From the sequence record NC_006883.2: DNA of 64,000 bases; one strand, written 5' to 3'. Every line of letters begins with the position of its first letter. Position 1 is the stretch's first letter. Below are positions 18,717 through 27,189 of this stretch, one piece after another. The position numbers were made by a program, and so were the translations under genes. The notes beneath the pieces were generated by a model, which saw only the letters and a program-made list of their open reading frames with translations, ran no database searches and was not told the DNA's origin.

Positions 18717-19500
18717 GAATAAAGCATCTAGTAAACTTAAGGGTTTTCCTCATGTATACTGTATTAACCTTGATGGTGAACCACATAGATGGGAATCTAT
18801 GAAAACGATGCTTGAGTATTGGGAAGTAGAAAACTATACTCGTATCTCTGCTTATGATGGTAGAGAGGATGATCTAAGTGATATTCTTAAAGGTAGATAC
18901 CCAGATTCTATGACTGGTGGTGAGGTTGGATGTACTACTTCACATCTAAAAGCACTTAAGGAATTTCTTAAGACAGATCAACCTTGTGCTATTGTTATGG
19001 AAGATGATTGTGATCTAAGTCCAGTAGCACACTGGGGATTTACTTGGAAGGATTTCTTTTCAAAGATTCCTTATGATTATGATGTAATTCAATTAGCAAT
19101 TATTAATCCAGCACAGGTACACCTACAGATGCATCGTAGGTTTGTAAATGATTTTTCTACTGCTTGCTATTTGATTACAAGACACCACGCAGAGAAACTT
19201 GTTAGATTACATTGTAGGGGTGAGGATAAGTATAAGTTAGATCAAGGTGTTAAACCTAGAGCAGTTGCAGATGATTTAATATACAATTCAGGTAATACAT
19301 TCGCTATGCCACTCTTTCTCTATAAGATTGAGTTAGGATCTTCGATACATGATATTCATATCAATGTATTTCATAAGACAAGTTACGAAGGACTATGGCA
19401 GTTCTGGAGAAACGAATCTCCTAACATTACTGATTGGAATGCTTTGTTTTCGTATGATCCGTACTTCAACCGTATTCCACCAGGTTTTGAAGGTAAGTAA
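18709..19500 (+). CDS. Glycosyltransferase family 25
   Basis: CINLD, EVGCTTSH, VMEDD, FSTACYLI. Confidence 0.85.
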   Translation: MDKNKASSKLKGFPHVYCINLDGEPHRWESMKTMLEYWEVENYTRISAYDGREDDLSDILKGRYPDSMTGGEVGCTTSHLKALKEFLKTDQPCAIVMEDDCDLSPVAHWGFTWKDFFSKIPYDYDVIQLAIINPAQVHLQMHRRFVNDFSTACYLITRHHAEKLVRLHCRGEDKYKLDQGVKPRAVADDLIYNSGNTFAMPLFLYKIELGSSIHDIHINVFHKTSYEGLWQFWRNESPNITDWNALFSYDPYFNRIPPGFEGK

Positions 19501-19516
19501 TATTAATTAACTTTAT

Positions 19517-19538
19517 GGGGGTCATTAGACCCCCTTTT
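19517..19538 (+). terminator. Rho-independent terminator
   Basis: gggggtc-atta-gaccccc + T-run. Confidence 0.85.
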
Positions 19539-19559
19539 CATTGTTCGGATACCACTATT

Positions 19560-19577
19560 GTTACACTTCTTTACAAA
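19560..19577 (+). promoter_or_regulatory. HLR1-like (RpaB) direct repeat upstream of hli cluster
   Basis: gttacact-tc-tttacaaa resembles (G/T)TTACA(T/A)(T/A)-N2 repeat. Confidence 0.55.
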
Positions 19578-19629
19578 GGTTAAGGTTTACTATATAATTA
19601 TGTAAAGAAACGTTACAAACAAAAGTTCA

Positions 19630-19848
19630 ATGACTTCTTCATCAACAACTGAAAAGTATACCGTTACTGAATACGGCAAACAGAATATGTTTGGAGCAGA
19701 GGTAACACCTTGGGTTGACGAGAACGACAACTACGAAGGTTATGCTTTAAATGCTGAGAAAACTAATGGTCGTTGGGCCATGATCGGTTTCATAGCACTC
19801 ATCGGTGCTTATGTAACAACAGGTCAAATTATTCCAGGAGTATTTTAA
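19630..19848 (+). CDS. hli: High-light inducible protein
   Basis: AEKTNGRWAMIGF...TGQIIPGVF. Confidence 0.95.
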   Translation: MTSSSTTEKYTVTEYGKQNMFGAEVTPWVDENDNYEGYALNAEKTNGRWAMIGFIALIGAYVTTGQIIPGVF

Positions 19849-19962
19849 ATGAACTACTGGAAGAACGCAGAACAAATCAATGGTCGCCTTGCGATGATGG
19901 GTTTCTTCGCTGCCGTAATTAACTACGGATTTACAGGCTGGGTTATACCTGGCATATTTTGA
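19849..19962 (+). CDS. hli: High-light inducible protein, 37 aa
   Basis: MNYWKNAEQINGRLAMMGFFAAVINYGFTGWVIPGIF. Confidence 0.92.
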   Translation: MNYWKNAEQINGRLAMMGFFAAVINYGFTGWVIPGIF

Positions 19963-20006
19963 GATAAAAGGTCTCTTACACTTCTACCCCTATTAATCTA
20001 AGAACA

Positions 20007-20114
20007 ATGACTCCAGAAGCAGAAAAATTTAACGGTTGGATGGCAATGATCGGTTTCGTAGCCGCATTCGGTGCTTATGCAACAACAGGACAAATCATTC
20101 CAGGTATTTTCTAA
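20007..20114 (+). CDS. hli: High-light inducible protein, 35 aa
   Basis: MTPEAEKFNGWMAMIGFVAAFGAYATTGQIIPGIF. Confidence 0.92.
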   Translation: MTPEAEKFNGWMAMIGFVAAFGAYATTGQIIPGIF

Positions 20115-20227
20115 TGAACAACAAACAAATCTTTTTAAGAGCAAATGGTCGTGCAGCAATGATCGGCTTCCTTGTACTCTGTGCATCATACGCAACAACA
20201 GGCAACCTTATTCCAGGTATAGTTTAA
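20114..20227 (+). CDS. hli: High-light inducible protein, 37 aa
   Basis: MNNKQIFLRANGRAAMIGFLVLCASYATTGNLIPGIV. Confidence 0.9.
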   Translation: MNNKQIFLRANGRAAMIGFLVLCASYATTGNLIPGIV

Positions 20228-20370
20228 TGACAAAGCAAACACAAAAAACTGAAGACAAGGTAGATTTTTCTATCGCTGAGAAATGGAATGGCATTGCTGC
20301 CATCGTTGGATGTGGAGCACTTATCGTGTCCTACTCACTATCAGGTCAAATCATTCCAGGTTTCGTTTAA
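20227..20370 (+). CDS. hli: High-light inducible protein, 47 aa
   Basis: AEKWNGIAAIVGCGALIVSYSLSGQIIPGFV. Confidence 0.88.
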   Translation: MTKQTQKTEDKVDFSIAEKWNGIAAIVGCGALIVSYSLSGQIIPGFV

Positions 20371-20498
20371 TGAACGTCCCAACTTACGACATTCCAGCAT
20401 CACCAATCCTTCTTTTAGGATTTGCTGGAATCGCAGTTGCACTCTTCACACTTTATACTGTGAACAAAGCATACGCAAACTCACCCTTTAAGTCATGA
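20370..20498 (+). CDS. Small membrane protein, 42 aa
   Basis: MNVPTYDIPASPILLLGFAGIAVALFTLYTVNKAYANSPFKS; TAATG coupled. Confidence 0.65.
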   Translation: MNVPTYDIPASPILLLGFAGIAVALFTLYTVNKAYANSPFKS

Positions 20499-20581
20499 AA
20501 GCACTCATCCAAACCCTATTCTTAGGAACTGTTGCAGCAACAGTTATATACGCACCATCTATGGCATACGTGGTAGTATAA
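20495..20581 (+). CDS. Small membrane peptide, 28 aa
   Basis: MKALIQTLFLGTVAATVIYAPSMAYVVV; coupled both ends. Confidence 0.6.
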   Translation: MKALIQTLFLGTVAATVIYAPSMAYVVV

Positions 20582-20700
20582 TGACTTGCACTTTATTTAC
20601 AATCAAAAGATCTACTTTAGTAAAATTACTCGTGGTAATCAACTTACCTTGGATAGCGGTTTCTGCTACAGCAGGTTCCCTGATTAGTATAATTACCTAG
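20581..20700 (+). CDS. Small membrane peptide, 39 aa
   Basis: MTCTLFTIKRSTLVKLLVVINLPWIAVSATAGSLISIIT. Confidence 0.55.
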   Translation: MTCTLFTIKRSTLVKLLVVINLPWIAVSATAGSLISIIT

Positions 20701-20756
20701 TGCAAATCTTAACATATCTAAATATTTACTCGTAGCATATCAGCATACCAAAATAA

Positions 20757-20954
20757 ATGAGCGAATTCCAAGTAGCAACAGATACATTCCCAATATGGAA
20801 AGCAGTCCTATGGATCTTTTATCCTATGGCAGCACTTGTAATGGTGGAACTACTTCTACGTGGATTCGATGACGATGATGATGACGATGGTGGTAAAGGA
20901 ATCAGAATCCGTTCACAGGAAATGACTCCAGCATACGCACCATCAGGAGCATGA
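20757..20954 (+). CDS. Small membrane protein with poly-Asp tract
   Basis: TM segment then DDDDDDDGGKG. Confidence 0.75.
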   Translation: MSEFQVATDTFPIWKAVLWIFYPMAALVMVELLLRGFDDDDDDDGGKGIRIRSQEMTPAYAPSGA

Positions 20955-21055
20955 TCGATTATTCTCATCAGTATTGGAGATACGCAGAACGTTGGAATGG
21001 ACGTTTAGCAATGGTTGGAGTACTTATTTTAGTTTTAAAAACATGTATCAATTAA
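20951..21055 (+). CDS. hli: High-light inducible protein, 34 aa (short C-terminus)
   Basis: MIDYSHQYWRYAERWNGRLAMVGVLILVLKTCIN. Confidence 0.85.
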   Translation: MIDYSHQYWRYAERWNGRLAMVGVLILVLKTCIN

Positions 21056-21117
21056 TTTTCGTAGCAGCAGTAGCAGTTACTGTATATACAAACGGTTTAT
21101 CTTTCGTATTTCAATGA
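21043..21117 (+). CDS. Tiny membrane peptide, 24 aa
   Basis: MYQLIFVAAVAVTVYTNGLSFVFQ; ATGA coupled to next. Confidence 0.5.
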   Translation: MYQLIFVAAVAVTVYTNGLSFVFQ

Positions 21118-21227
21118 TACCACTCGCAGTTTTATTAACATCACTACCACCAGGCTCTAGGGATTTAGTAGAGTTTGGATTTTTTGTGACGGTAGGGATT
21201 ACAGCAGGTTCACTGGGACTAATATAA
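21114..21227 (+). CDS. Small membrane peptide, 37 aa
   Basis: MIPLAVLLTSLPPGSRDLVEFGFFVTVGITAGSLGLI. Confidence 0.6.
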   Translation: MIPLAVLLTSLPPGSRDLVEFGFFVTVGITAGSLGLI

Positions 21228-21331
21228 TGGAAACTTTTAAAATGACTTTGATGATACTAGGGACAGTTGTATCATTTACAACTCTCTGGATGACAATGAT
21301 GTATTACATGATGAAAGAAGACAATGGTTAA
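21227..21331 (+). CDS. Small membrane peptide, 34 aa
   Basis: METFKMTLMILGTVVSFTTLWMTMMYYMMKEDNG. Confidence 0.55.
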   Translation: METFKMTLMILGTVVSFTTLWMTMMYYMMKEDNG

Positions 21332-21515
21332 TCACGCAAGAACACCCTCAATAGAAGAAGAAAGAAAGGTAGCACTCAGAGAGCAAGTTATCCAGATTTT
21401 GTATCGACAATTTGGAAATAAAGACGATATATATGAATGTGCTGATGAATGGGTAGGAAAACAAGTTACATCTGCAGGTATAGTCAGTTACTATAAGGCG
21501 TATTATAATAAATAA
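21324..21515 (+). CDS. Hypothetical protein
   Basis: 63 aa ORF in chain. Confidence 0.65.
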   Translation: MVNHARTPSIEEERKVALREQVIQILYRQFGNKDDIYECADEWVGKQVTSAGIVSYYKAYYNK

Positions 21516-21536
21516 AATTGCCTTATATAATTTTAA

Positions 21537-21830
21537 ATGGCTTACTCAATTACACTTCGCTCACCTGATGGAGCAGAAGAAGTAGTCCAATGTGAAGAAG
21601 ATCAATATATACTAGAAGCAGCCGAAGATGCTGGTCTAGATATGCCTTCTTCTTGTAGAGCAGGAGCTTGTTCTGCTTGTTTAGGAAAAGTATTAGAAGG
21701 ATCAGTTAATAATGAAGAACAATCATTCTTAGATGATGATCAATTAGAAGAAGGATGGTCACTTCTTTGTGTTGCTATGCCACAGTCAGACTGTGTTATA
21801 CTAACTGAACAAGAGGACAACTTAGACTAA
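21537..21830 (+). CDS. petF: Plant-type [2Fe-2S] ferredoxin
   Basis: [12 protein letters not shown]...LLCVA. Confidence 0.97.
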   Translation: MAYSITLRSPDGAEEVVQCEEDQYILEAAEDAGLDMPSSCRAGACSACLGKVLEGSVNNEEQSFLDDDQLEEGWSLLCVAMPQSDCVILTEQEDNLD

Positions 21831-22030
21831 TGAGAGAAAAACTACTTAAGGCACTTCTAGCACACGCTAATGGAGATATCCAAAAGCATGTTGCTAATGT
21901 AGAAGTCTACCTAGAAAATCCTGCTGGTATTGGAGAACACTCCAATATCGTAGAAGCAATCGAAGAAGAACTTAATATGATTGCCAAATATCAGGATCAA
22001 ATTGAGGTAATCAAAACATATTTCAAATAA
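21830..22030 (+). CDS. Conserved cyanophage hypothetical protein
   Basis: 66 aa, NPAGIGEHS motif. Confidence 0.75.
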   Translation: MREKLLKALLAHANGDIQKHVANVEVYLENPAGIGEHSNIVEAIEEELNMIAKYQDQIEVIKTYFK

Positions 22031-22057
22031 TATAAGTCTTTCTTATTAAATAATAGT

Positions 22058-22282
22058 ATGTTATTTCCACGACGCTATGCTAGTTGCCCTTGGCCTGATT
22101 CTAGGTACAGAGAGTATATGAACGGACGACTTAAAAAGATCGATATGAAAGCCCGACTTATGGGTATTAAAAAAGGTATCGATGAGAAGGTATGGTATCC
22201 TGAATGGGATAGTAAAGAAAGATGGGCAGCTCAAAGAGCACTTAATAATGCCTTAGATGTCCTTGACGAATACGACTACTAA
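22058..22282 (+). CDS. Hypothetical protein
   Basis: 74 aa, WYPEW motif. Confidence 0.65.
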   Translation: MLFPRRYASCPWPDSRYREYMNGRLKKIDMKARLMGIKKGIDEKVWYPEWDSKERWAAQRALNNALDVLDEYDY

Positions 22283-22306
22283 ATATCTAAAAGACGTAGA
22301 TCTTTA

Positions 22307-25300
22307 ATGTCGTATTTTAAGAAAGCAAGAAGTTATACAAAACCTTCAGTAACTCTTGATGAAAAGATTGCAAAAGCAAATCAAGAGTATGAGAAGACGG
22401 GTGTTGACTTAGTAGAGATTGCTAACAGCACTGCTGGTGTTTATTATGCTGGTATAGATCACCCAGAAGAGCCTGCTATTCCGAGTGATGTGCCAGATTC
22501 AAATGGATTTAGAAGTAGAGATCCAAGTCTTCCTGCTGAGAATGCTTCTGATATAGATCCTTCTGATCCATCCACATGGGAAACTGGTGGACAGGGTATG
22601 GATCATTTAATAAATCCAAATGAATTACCTGTAATTCATGGTGATAATGGAGTAGAAACTCAGTCTACTGTTAAAGATCAACCAATATTAATAACACCAG
22701 ACCTTACAGGATTTAAAGGATTGAGAGTTGACCCAAATGGTGATCAGAATGACATGGGTCAGTATGGTGGTATAGCGTATACTTATAATTTGGGTGTTTG
22801 GGGTAGGACAGAAGGTGTTATAGGACCTGGTAATAAATTTGTATCGGTATTAGCTGCATTTGGTTGGCCAACTGGTCCACTTGTAGATTCTGGTCATCCA
22901 GACTATCCATCAGATAGAGCTATGTTTGGATTTTATAGGTATGATGATAATGCGACCTATGCTGCAAGGTTGAAAATGAAAGCGTTGTATGCGAATGGTT
23001 TACCATCGGGTTCTTGGAAACCAGTTAAGTGTTGGATGAATTTTAATTCATATGGATTTGGTCAGACATGGACACAATATACATCAAATCCAAATAATAT
23101 ATGGAGAGCGAATGGTGATGCATATGTCACAGTTCATGTATATGATGGTGCAAATCAATATAATTCGACAGATACTGTACCACCATATACAACGGTAATA
23201 TTTAAAGACGATATTGGTAAAGGAGAGAATCTACCTATTGGTGGTTTATTAGGAGATTTAATAGGAAAATTATTTGGTATAGGTGGATCTGCTGCTGAAG
23301 ACCTTGCTTGGCTTGGTGGTGGTAAGAAAACTCCAAATTGGCCAAAACCAGGAACTCTTAGTGGTAATAGAATAAGAAGTGAAGCAGGGTATGCACAGGA
23401 TGGAGCTTATCCTGGAGGACCACAAGCCTTTGAAGATAAGTATGGATATACTCCCCAAGAGGCAATTGATGCTTATAATAATGGAGGAACTCCTCCAGAC
23501 CAATCATCTACTGGTGGTGATATTGGTGATATTGCAGGATCTTGGAGTGGTGGTCCTAGAGTAGCACCAGGAACAGGAGGTAATAAAGGACCTCATCCTG
23601 GACCAGGTTGGAAATGGTATCCTGATGCTAAAGGTGGACAGGGAGATTATCTTCCTATACCAAAAGTAGATGCTGGTGGGGGTGGATCTCAAGTTGCATC
23701 CGCATCACAAACTTCACCATTTCCTTCAGATCCTGCATCCGATGCTTCATCTGGTTTAGGTGTTCAAGATGGTGATCAACTTGCTTTCAATTGGGGTAAT
23801 TCAGGAACACCATCAACAAATAAAAAATTGGGTCATGGAGCTGATACGAATGCTGTTAATTATGCTAATACTAATGGAGAAATGGGCGGACTTCCTGATG
23901 GTTGGACAGATCAAGATCTTCAGGATTATCTAGACAATAGAGATAAGGGATTTCCAGACCAATCATCTATTGATGCTGGTTTACCTAATCAAATGGTTGC
24001 AGCACTTAATAATGCACAGATGCCGCAATATGTTAAGGATTCTATTAAGAGACAGTATAAAGGTGGACCTGATTATTCCATAGAAGATAAGAAAAATATT
24101 CTTAACTGGCAGCAAAAGATGAAAGTAGATGCTGGTGGTTCTGATTGGACTCCAAGTAGCGGAGTTCAAGTTGCTTCAACTGATCTTAGTGGTTTATTTG
24201 GATCAAGTGGAACTGGAAGTGGTTCAACAGGTCAATTAAATCTGCCTAGTTGGTTTTCTGGTTATGGAAATGCCAAGAATGCTAAGTTAGATGCTGATGG
24301 TAGAATATATGGATATAATTATTCTGGTGGATATGGATACTTAAGTAGAGGACCTGGATCAGGTGCTCCTGGTACAGCAGAATCGGGTTATGGCACTAAA
24401 GGATTTGATTGGGATACTCAATCAGGTGGAACCAGTTGGTCATTTACTCGTCACGATCCATCTAAAGTTGCTGCTTCTCCTAATAGTCCTGATCCAGTTA
24501 AGCCTGGAGATGTTCCTACAGCCCCTAGTAGTCCTTATCTACCAGGTAAATCACCATATAAAGTTGCTGCAAATGCAGGACCTTCTACTCCTGTTAAAAA
24601 TTATGATGGTAAATTTTTACCTAATATGGGTGGTGGAAGACCTGGAAACATAAGACCAAAAGGTAGTGCTGCATTTCCACAGGCAAAGAAAGATGATACT
24701 GGTAGAGGTGGTAAGGGTAATAATTTTGGTATGGGTTCTGCTGTTGTTACTAAAGGTAAGAAAAAGAAGAATAACAAGCTTGTTACAGCTTCAAATGAAA
24801 TAACAGGAGTATTTTTAAATGAAAGTAATCTCTTAATGGAGAAGAATTATCTGAGAGATTTGAGAGAGAAGAAAAGAGAAAAGAAAAATGCTGGTGATAA
24901 AGTCATGAAGATTAATATAACTGGACCAAAAGATCATCTTACTGTCAAGGCAATTGATATGCTTAGACAATATAAAGTTAGTGAAAAGGAGATGCAAGAG
25001 TATGCAACCATAATCTCAGATATTAATCAGTGGATAAGAGAGAATCCAAAAGAGTATGAGATATGGAAAGTAAGATATCCAGCAAATGATCCTAGAACTG
25101 CTGAGTTAAACTGGAGATTGGATCAGCAGTTAAAAGCATCAGATGAATATATGGATTCTCATTTCCCAGAGAATGAAAAATTATTTGGAAAACTTAGGCA
25201 GAAGATTGCTACTAATGTTGATATAACAGACCCTCGTAATTTCAAAGATGTTAAACCAGTAGTAACTCATAAGAAGTTATTACAGGTTTCAAAGGCATTA

Positions 25301-25312
25301 GAAAAGGAGTAA
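22307..25312 (+). CDS. Large Gly/Pro-rich protein, possibly virion-associated
   Basis: 1001 aa open frame; charged termini, low-complexity core with short repeats. Confidence 0.75.
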   Translation: MSYFKKARSYTKPSVTLDEKIAKANQEYEKTGVDLVEIANSTAGVYYAGIDHPEEPAIPSDVPDSNGFRSRDPSLPAENASDIDPSDPSTWETGGQGMDHLINPNELPVIHGDNGVETQSTVKDQPILITPDLTGFKGLRVDPNGDQNDMGQYGGIAYTYNLGVWGRTEGVIGPGNKFVSVLAAFGWPTGPLVDSGHPDYPSDRAMFGFYRYDDNATYAARLKMKALYANGLPSGSWKPVKCWMNFNSYGFGQTWTQYTSNPNNIWRANGDAYVTVHVYDGANQYNSTDTVPPYTTVIFKDDIGKGENLPIGGLLGDLIGKLFGIGGSAAEDLAWLGGGKKTPNWPKPGTLSGNRIRSEAGYAQDGAYPGGPQAFEDKYGYTPQEAIDAYNNGGTPPDQSSTGGDIGDIAGSWSGGPRVAPGTGGNKGPHPGPGWKWYPDAKGGQGDYLPIPKVDAGGGGSQVASASQTSPFPSDPASDASSGLGVQDGDQLAFNWGNSGTPSTNKKLGHGADTNAVNYANTNGEMGGLPDGWTDQDLQDYLDNRDKGFPDQSSIDAGLPNQMVAALNNAQMPQYVKDSIKRQYKGGPDYSIEDKKNILNWQQKMKVDAGGSDWTPSSGVQVASTDLSGLFGSSGTGSGSTGQLNLPSWFSGYGNAKNAKLDADGRIYGYNYSGGYGYLSRGPGSGAPGTAESGYGTKGFDWDTQSGGTSWSFTRHDPSKVAASPNSPDPVKPGDVPTAPSSPYLPGKSPYKVAANAGPSTPVKNYDGKFLPNMGGGRPGNIRPKGSAAFPQAKKDDTGRGGKGNNFGMGSAVVTKGKKKKNNKLVTASNEITGVFLNESNLLMEKNYLRDLREKKREKKNAGDKVMKINITGPKDHLTVKAIDMLRQYKVSEKEMQEYATIISDINQWIRENPKEYEIWKVRYPANDPRTAELNWRLDQQLKASDEYMDSHFPENEKLFGKLRQKIATNVDITDPRNFKDVKPVVTHKKLLQVSKALEKE

Positions 25313-25350
25313 TTATAACAGTCATAAAGGATGCTTATAATTGTTCGGTG

Positions 25351-25384
25351 TTGACATAATTGTAAAGATTTGTTATAATAAATA
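25351..25384 (+). promoter_or_regulatory. psbA promoter: TTGACA-17-TATAAT plus overlapping late TAAATA
   Basis: ttgaca 25351-25356, tataat 25374-25379, taaata 25379-25384. Confidence 0.85.
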
Positions 25385-25405
25385 CATCGGTGAGCATTTC
25401 CTCAC

Positions 25406-25472
25406 TTCCCTCTAACCGAGATCACGGGGGTTACATCTCTCATATCCACTAGTGAAGGGATTAGTGGAAATA
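25406..25472 (+). ncRNA. PhotoRC-II-like cis-regulatory RNA
   Basis: gagat/atctc stem, tccactagt/attagtgga stem, loop gaaggg can pair with upstream ccct; 5' of phage psbA. Confidence 0.7.
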
Positions 25473-25518
25473 AACGTATCGCTCTACCCTTTGAGCCCTA
25501 CTAAATTTAATTGTCCTC

Positions 25519-26601
25519 ATGACAACTCTTCAAAAAAGGGAACAAGGCTTACTATCAGGTTGGTCTGAGTTCTGCGACTGGGTAACATCAACAAACAACA
25601 GAATCTATGTTGGTTGGTTTGGTGTTCTTATGATCCCATGTCTTCTAGCTGCAACAACATGCTTTATCGTAGCATTCATCGCAGCACCTCCCGTTGATAT
25701 CGACGGAATCCGTGAACCAGTAGCTGGTTCATTCATGTATGGTAACAACATCATCTCTGGTGCAGTTGTTCCATCTTCAAACGCAATCGGTTTACACTTC
25801 TATCCTATCTGGGAAGCAGCAACTCTTGATGAGTGGCTCTACAATGGTGGTCCTTACCAGTTGGTAATCTTCCACTTCCTTATCGGAATCTCAGCATACA
25901 TGGGAAGACAGTGGGAACTTTCATACCGTTTAGGTATGCGTCCTTGGATCTGTGTTGCTTATTCAGCACCTGTATCAGCAGCTTTCGCTGTATTCCTTGT
26001 TTACCCATTCGGTCAGGGTTCATTCTCAGACGGTATGCCTTTAGGTATATCAGGAACATTCAACTTCATGTTCGTATTCCAAGCAGAACATAACATCCTT
26101 ATGCACCCATTCCATATGGCAGGTGTTGCAGGTATGTTCGGTGGAGCATTATTCTCTGCTATGCACGGTTCTCTTGTTACATCTTCACTTATCCGTGAAA
26201 CCACTGGTTTAGATTCACAGAACTATGGTTACAAGTTCGGACAAGAAGAAGAGACATATAACATCGTTGCTGCACATGGATACTTCGGTAGACTTATCTT
26301 CCAGTATGCATCATTCAACAACAGCAGAAGTTTACACTTCTTCCTCGCATCATGGCCTGTTATCTGTGTATGGTTAACCTCTATGGGTATCTGCACAATG
26401 GCATTCAACCTAAATGGATTCAACTTCAACCAATCAGTTGTTGATGCATCAGGTAAGGTTGTTCCTACTTGGGGTGATGTTCTTAACAGAGCAAACCTTG
26501 GTATGGAAGTTATGCACGAAAGAAATGCACACAACTTCCCACTTGACTTAGCATCTGCTAACGAGACAGAAGTTGCTCTTGTTGCTCCTTCTATAGGTTA
26601 A
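25519..26601 (+). CDS. psbA: Photosystem II D1 protein
   Basis: Full-length 360 aa D1, [14 protein letters not shown]; no intron. Confidence 0.99.
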   Translation: MTTLQKREQGLLSGWSEFCDWVTSTNNRIYVGWFGVLMIPCLLAATTCFIVAFIAAPPVDIDGIREPVAGSFMYGNNIISGAVVPSSNAIGLHFYPIWEAATLDEWLYNGGPYQLVIFHFLIGISAYMGRQWELSYRLGMRPWICVAYSAPVSAAFAVFLVYPFGQGSFSDGMPLGISGTFNFMFVFQAEHNILMHPFHMAGVAGMFGGALFSAMHGSLVTSSLIRETTGLDSQNYGYKFGQEEETYNIVAAHGYFGRLIFQYASFNNSRSLHFFLASWPVICVWLTSMGICTMAFNLNGFNFNQSVVDASGKVVPTWGDVLNRANLGMEVMHERNAHNFPLDLASANETEVALVAPSIG

Positions 26602-26675
26602 TGGAAATTCTATTTCTAGTTGCTGCCATAGGCGGTGCAGCATTCGGTGCATATAAGATGACACCTACTAAATAA
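26601..26675 (+). CDS. Tiny membrane peptide coupled to psbA, 24 aa
   Basis: [24 protein letters not shown]; TAATG overlap, upstream of the terminator. Confidence 0.55.
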   Translation: MEILFLVAAIGGAAFGAYKMTPTK

Positions 26676-26684
26676 ATCAACTAT

Positions 26685-26712
26685 AAGACCCCTTTTATAG
26701 GGGTCTTTTTTT
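26685..26712 (+). terminator. Rho-independent terminator
   Basis: aagacccc-tttta-t-aggggtctt + T-run. Confidence 0.85.
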
Positions 26713-27078
26713 ATGGATATAGATCGCCAATTAAAATCTGAGAATCTTTTATTGGAGGAGAGAACTTGTAGAACCTGTGGAGGATACAAGAATCTGTTAA
26801 CAGATTTTTATTTGTCTAGGAGTGATACTCCAGATCTACCATCATCATATTCTTATGAATGTAAAGAGTGTGCCAAATTAAGAATTAGGAAACATTATTC
26901 AGAAGATAATATATTAGGTACTTGTTGTATTTGTGGTAGTCATGATGTAAAAGTATCTAAGGGTATTTGTAAGAAGTGTAATAATGGATTGAAACAGTTT
27001 GGATATAATATCGACACTTTAAGGAAATCTGTGCTATACTTAGAGGACAATAAATTAACTGGCACATCTAAAAAATAA
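26713..27078 (+). CDS. Endonuclease VII-like protein lacking the catalytic DHxH segment
   Basis: CRTC...CKEC then CCIC-10aa-GICKKCN.GL..F...IDTLRKSVLYLE. Confidence 0.6.
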   Translation: MDIDRQLKSENLLLEERTCRTCGGYKNLLTDFYLSRSDTPDLPSSYSYECKECAKLRIRKHYSEDNILGTCCICGSHDVKVSKGICKKCNNGLKQFGYNIDTLRKSVLYLEDNKLTGTSKK

Positions 27079-27102
27079 ATATTTTTAGTTACGGAGATTA
27101 TT

Positions 27103-27189
27103 ATGACACCGATGGAGATCACTGGTATTATCGCAGCAGCATTTGTTATTACTGCATTTCAATTTCGTTTATTTGGATTACTTAAATAA
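27103..27189 (+). CDS. Tiny membrane peptide, 28 aa
   Basis: RBS GGAGA; MTPMEITGIIAAAFVITAFQFRLFGLLK; TAATG coupled. Confidence 0.55.
   Translation: MTPMEITGIIAAAFVITAFQFRLFGLLK

Noticed and set aside
20036-20491. ORF-track calls 20036-20227, 20071-20370, 20283-20498, 20288-20491
   Set aside because: These are over-extended or off-frame versions of the coupled hli and small ORFs; true starts are at the TAATG junctions.
20868-20888. GAT/GAC microsatellite as a phase-variation tract
   Set aside because: In-frame poly-Asp with mixed codons; not a slippage-type frameshift repeat.
25519-26601. Group I intron in psbA or adjacent psbD
   Set aside because: psbA is an uninterrupted 360-aa frame and no D2 sequence is present in the window.
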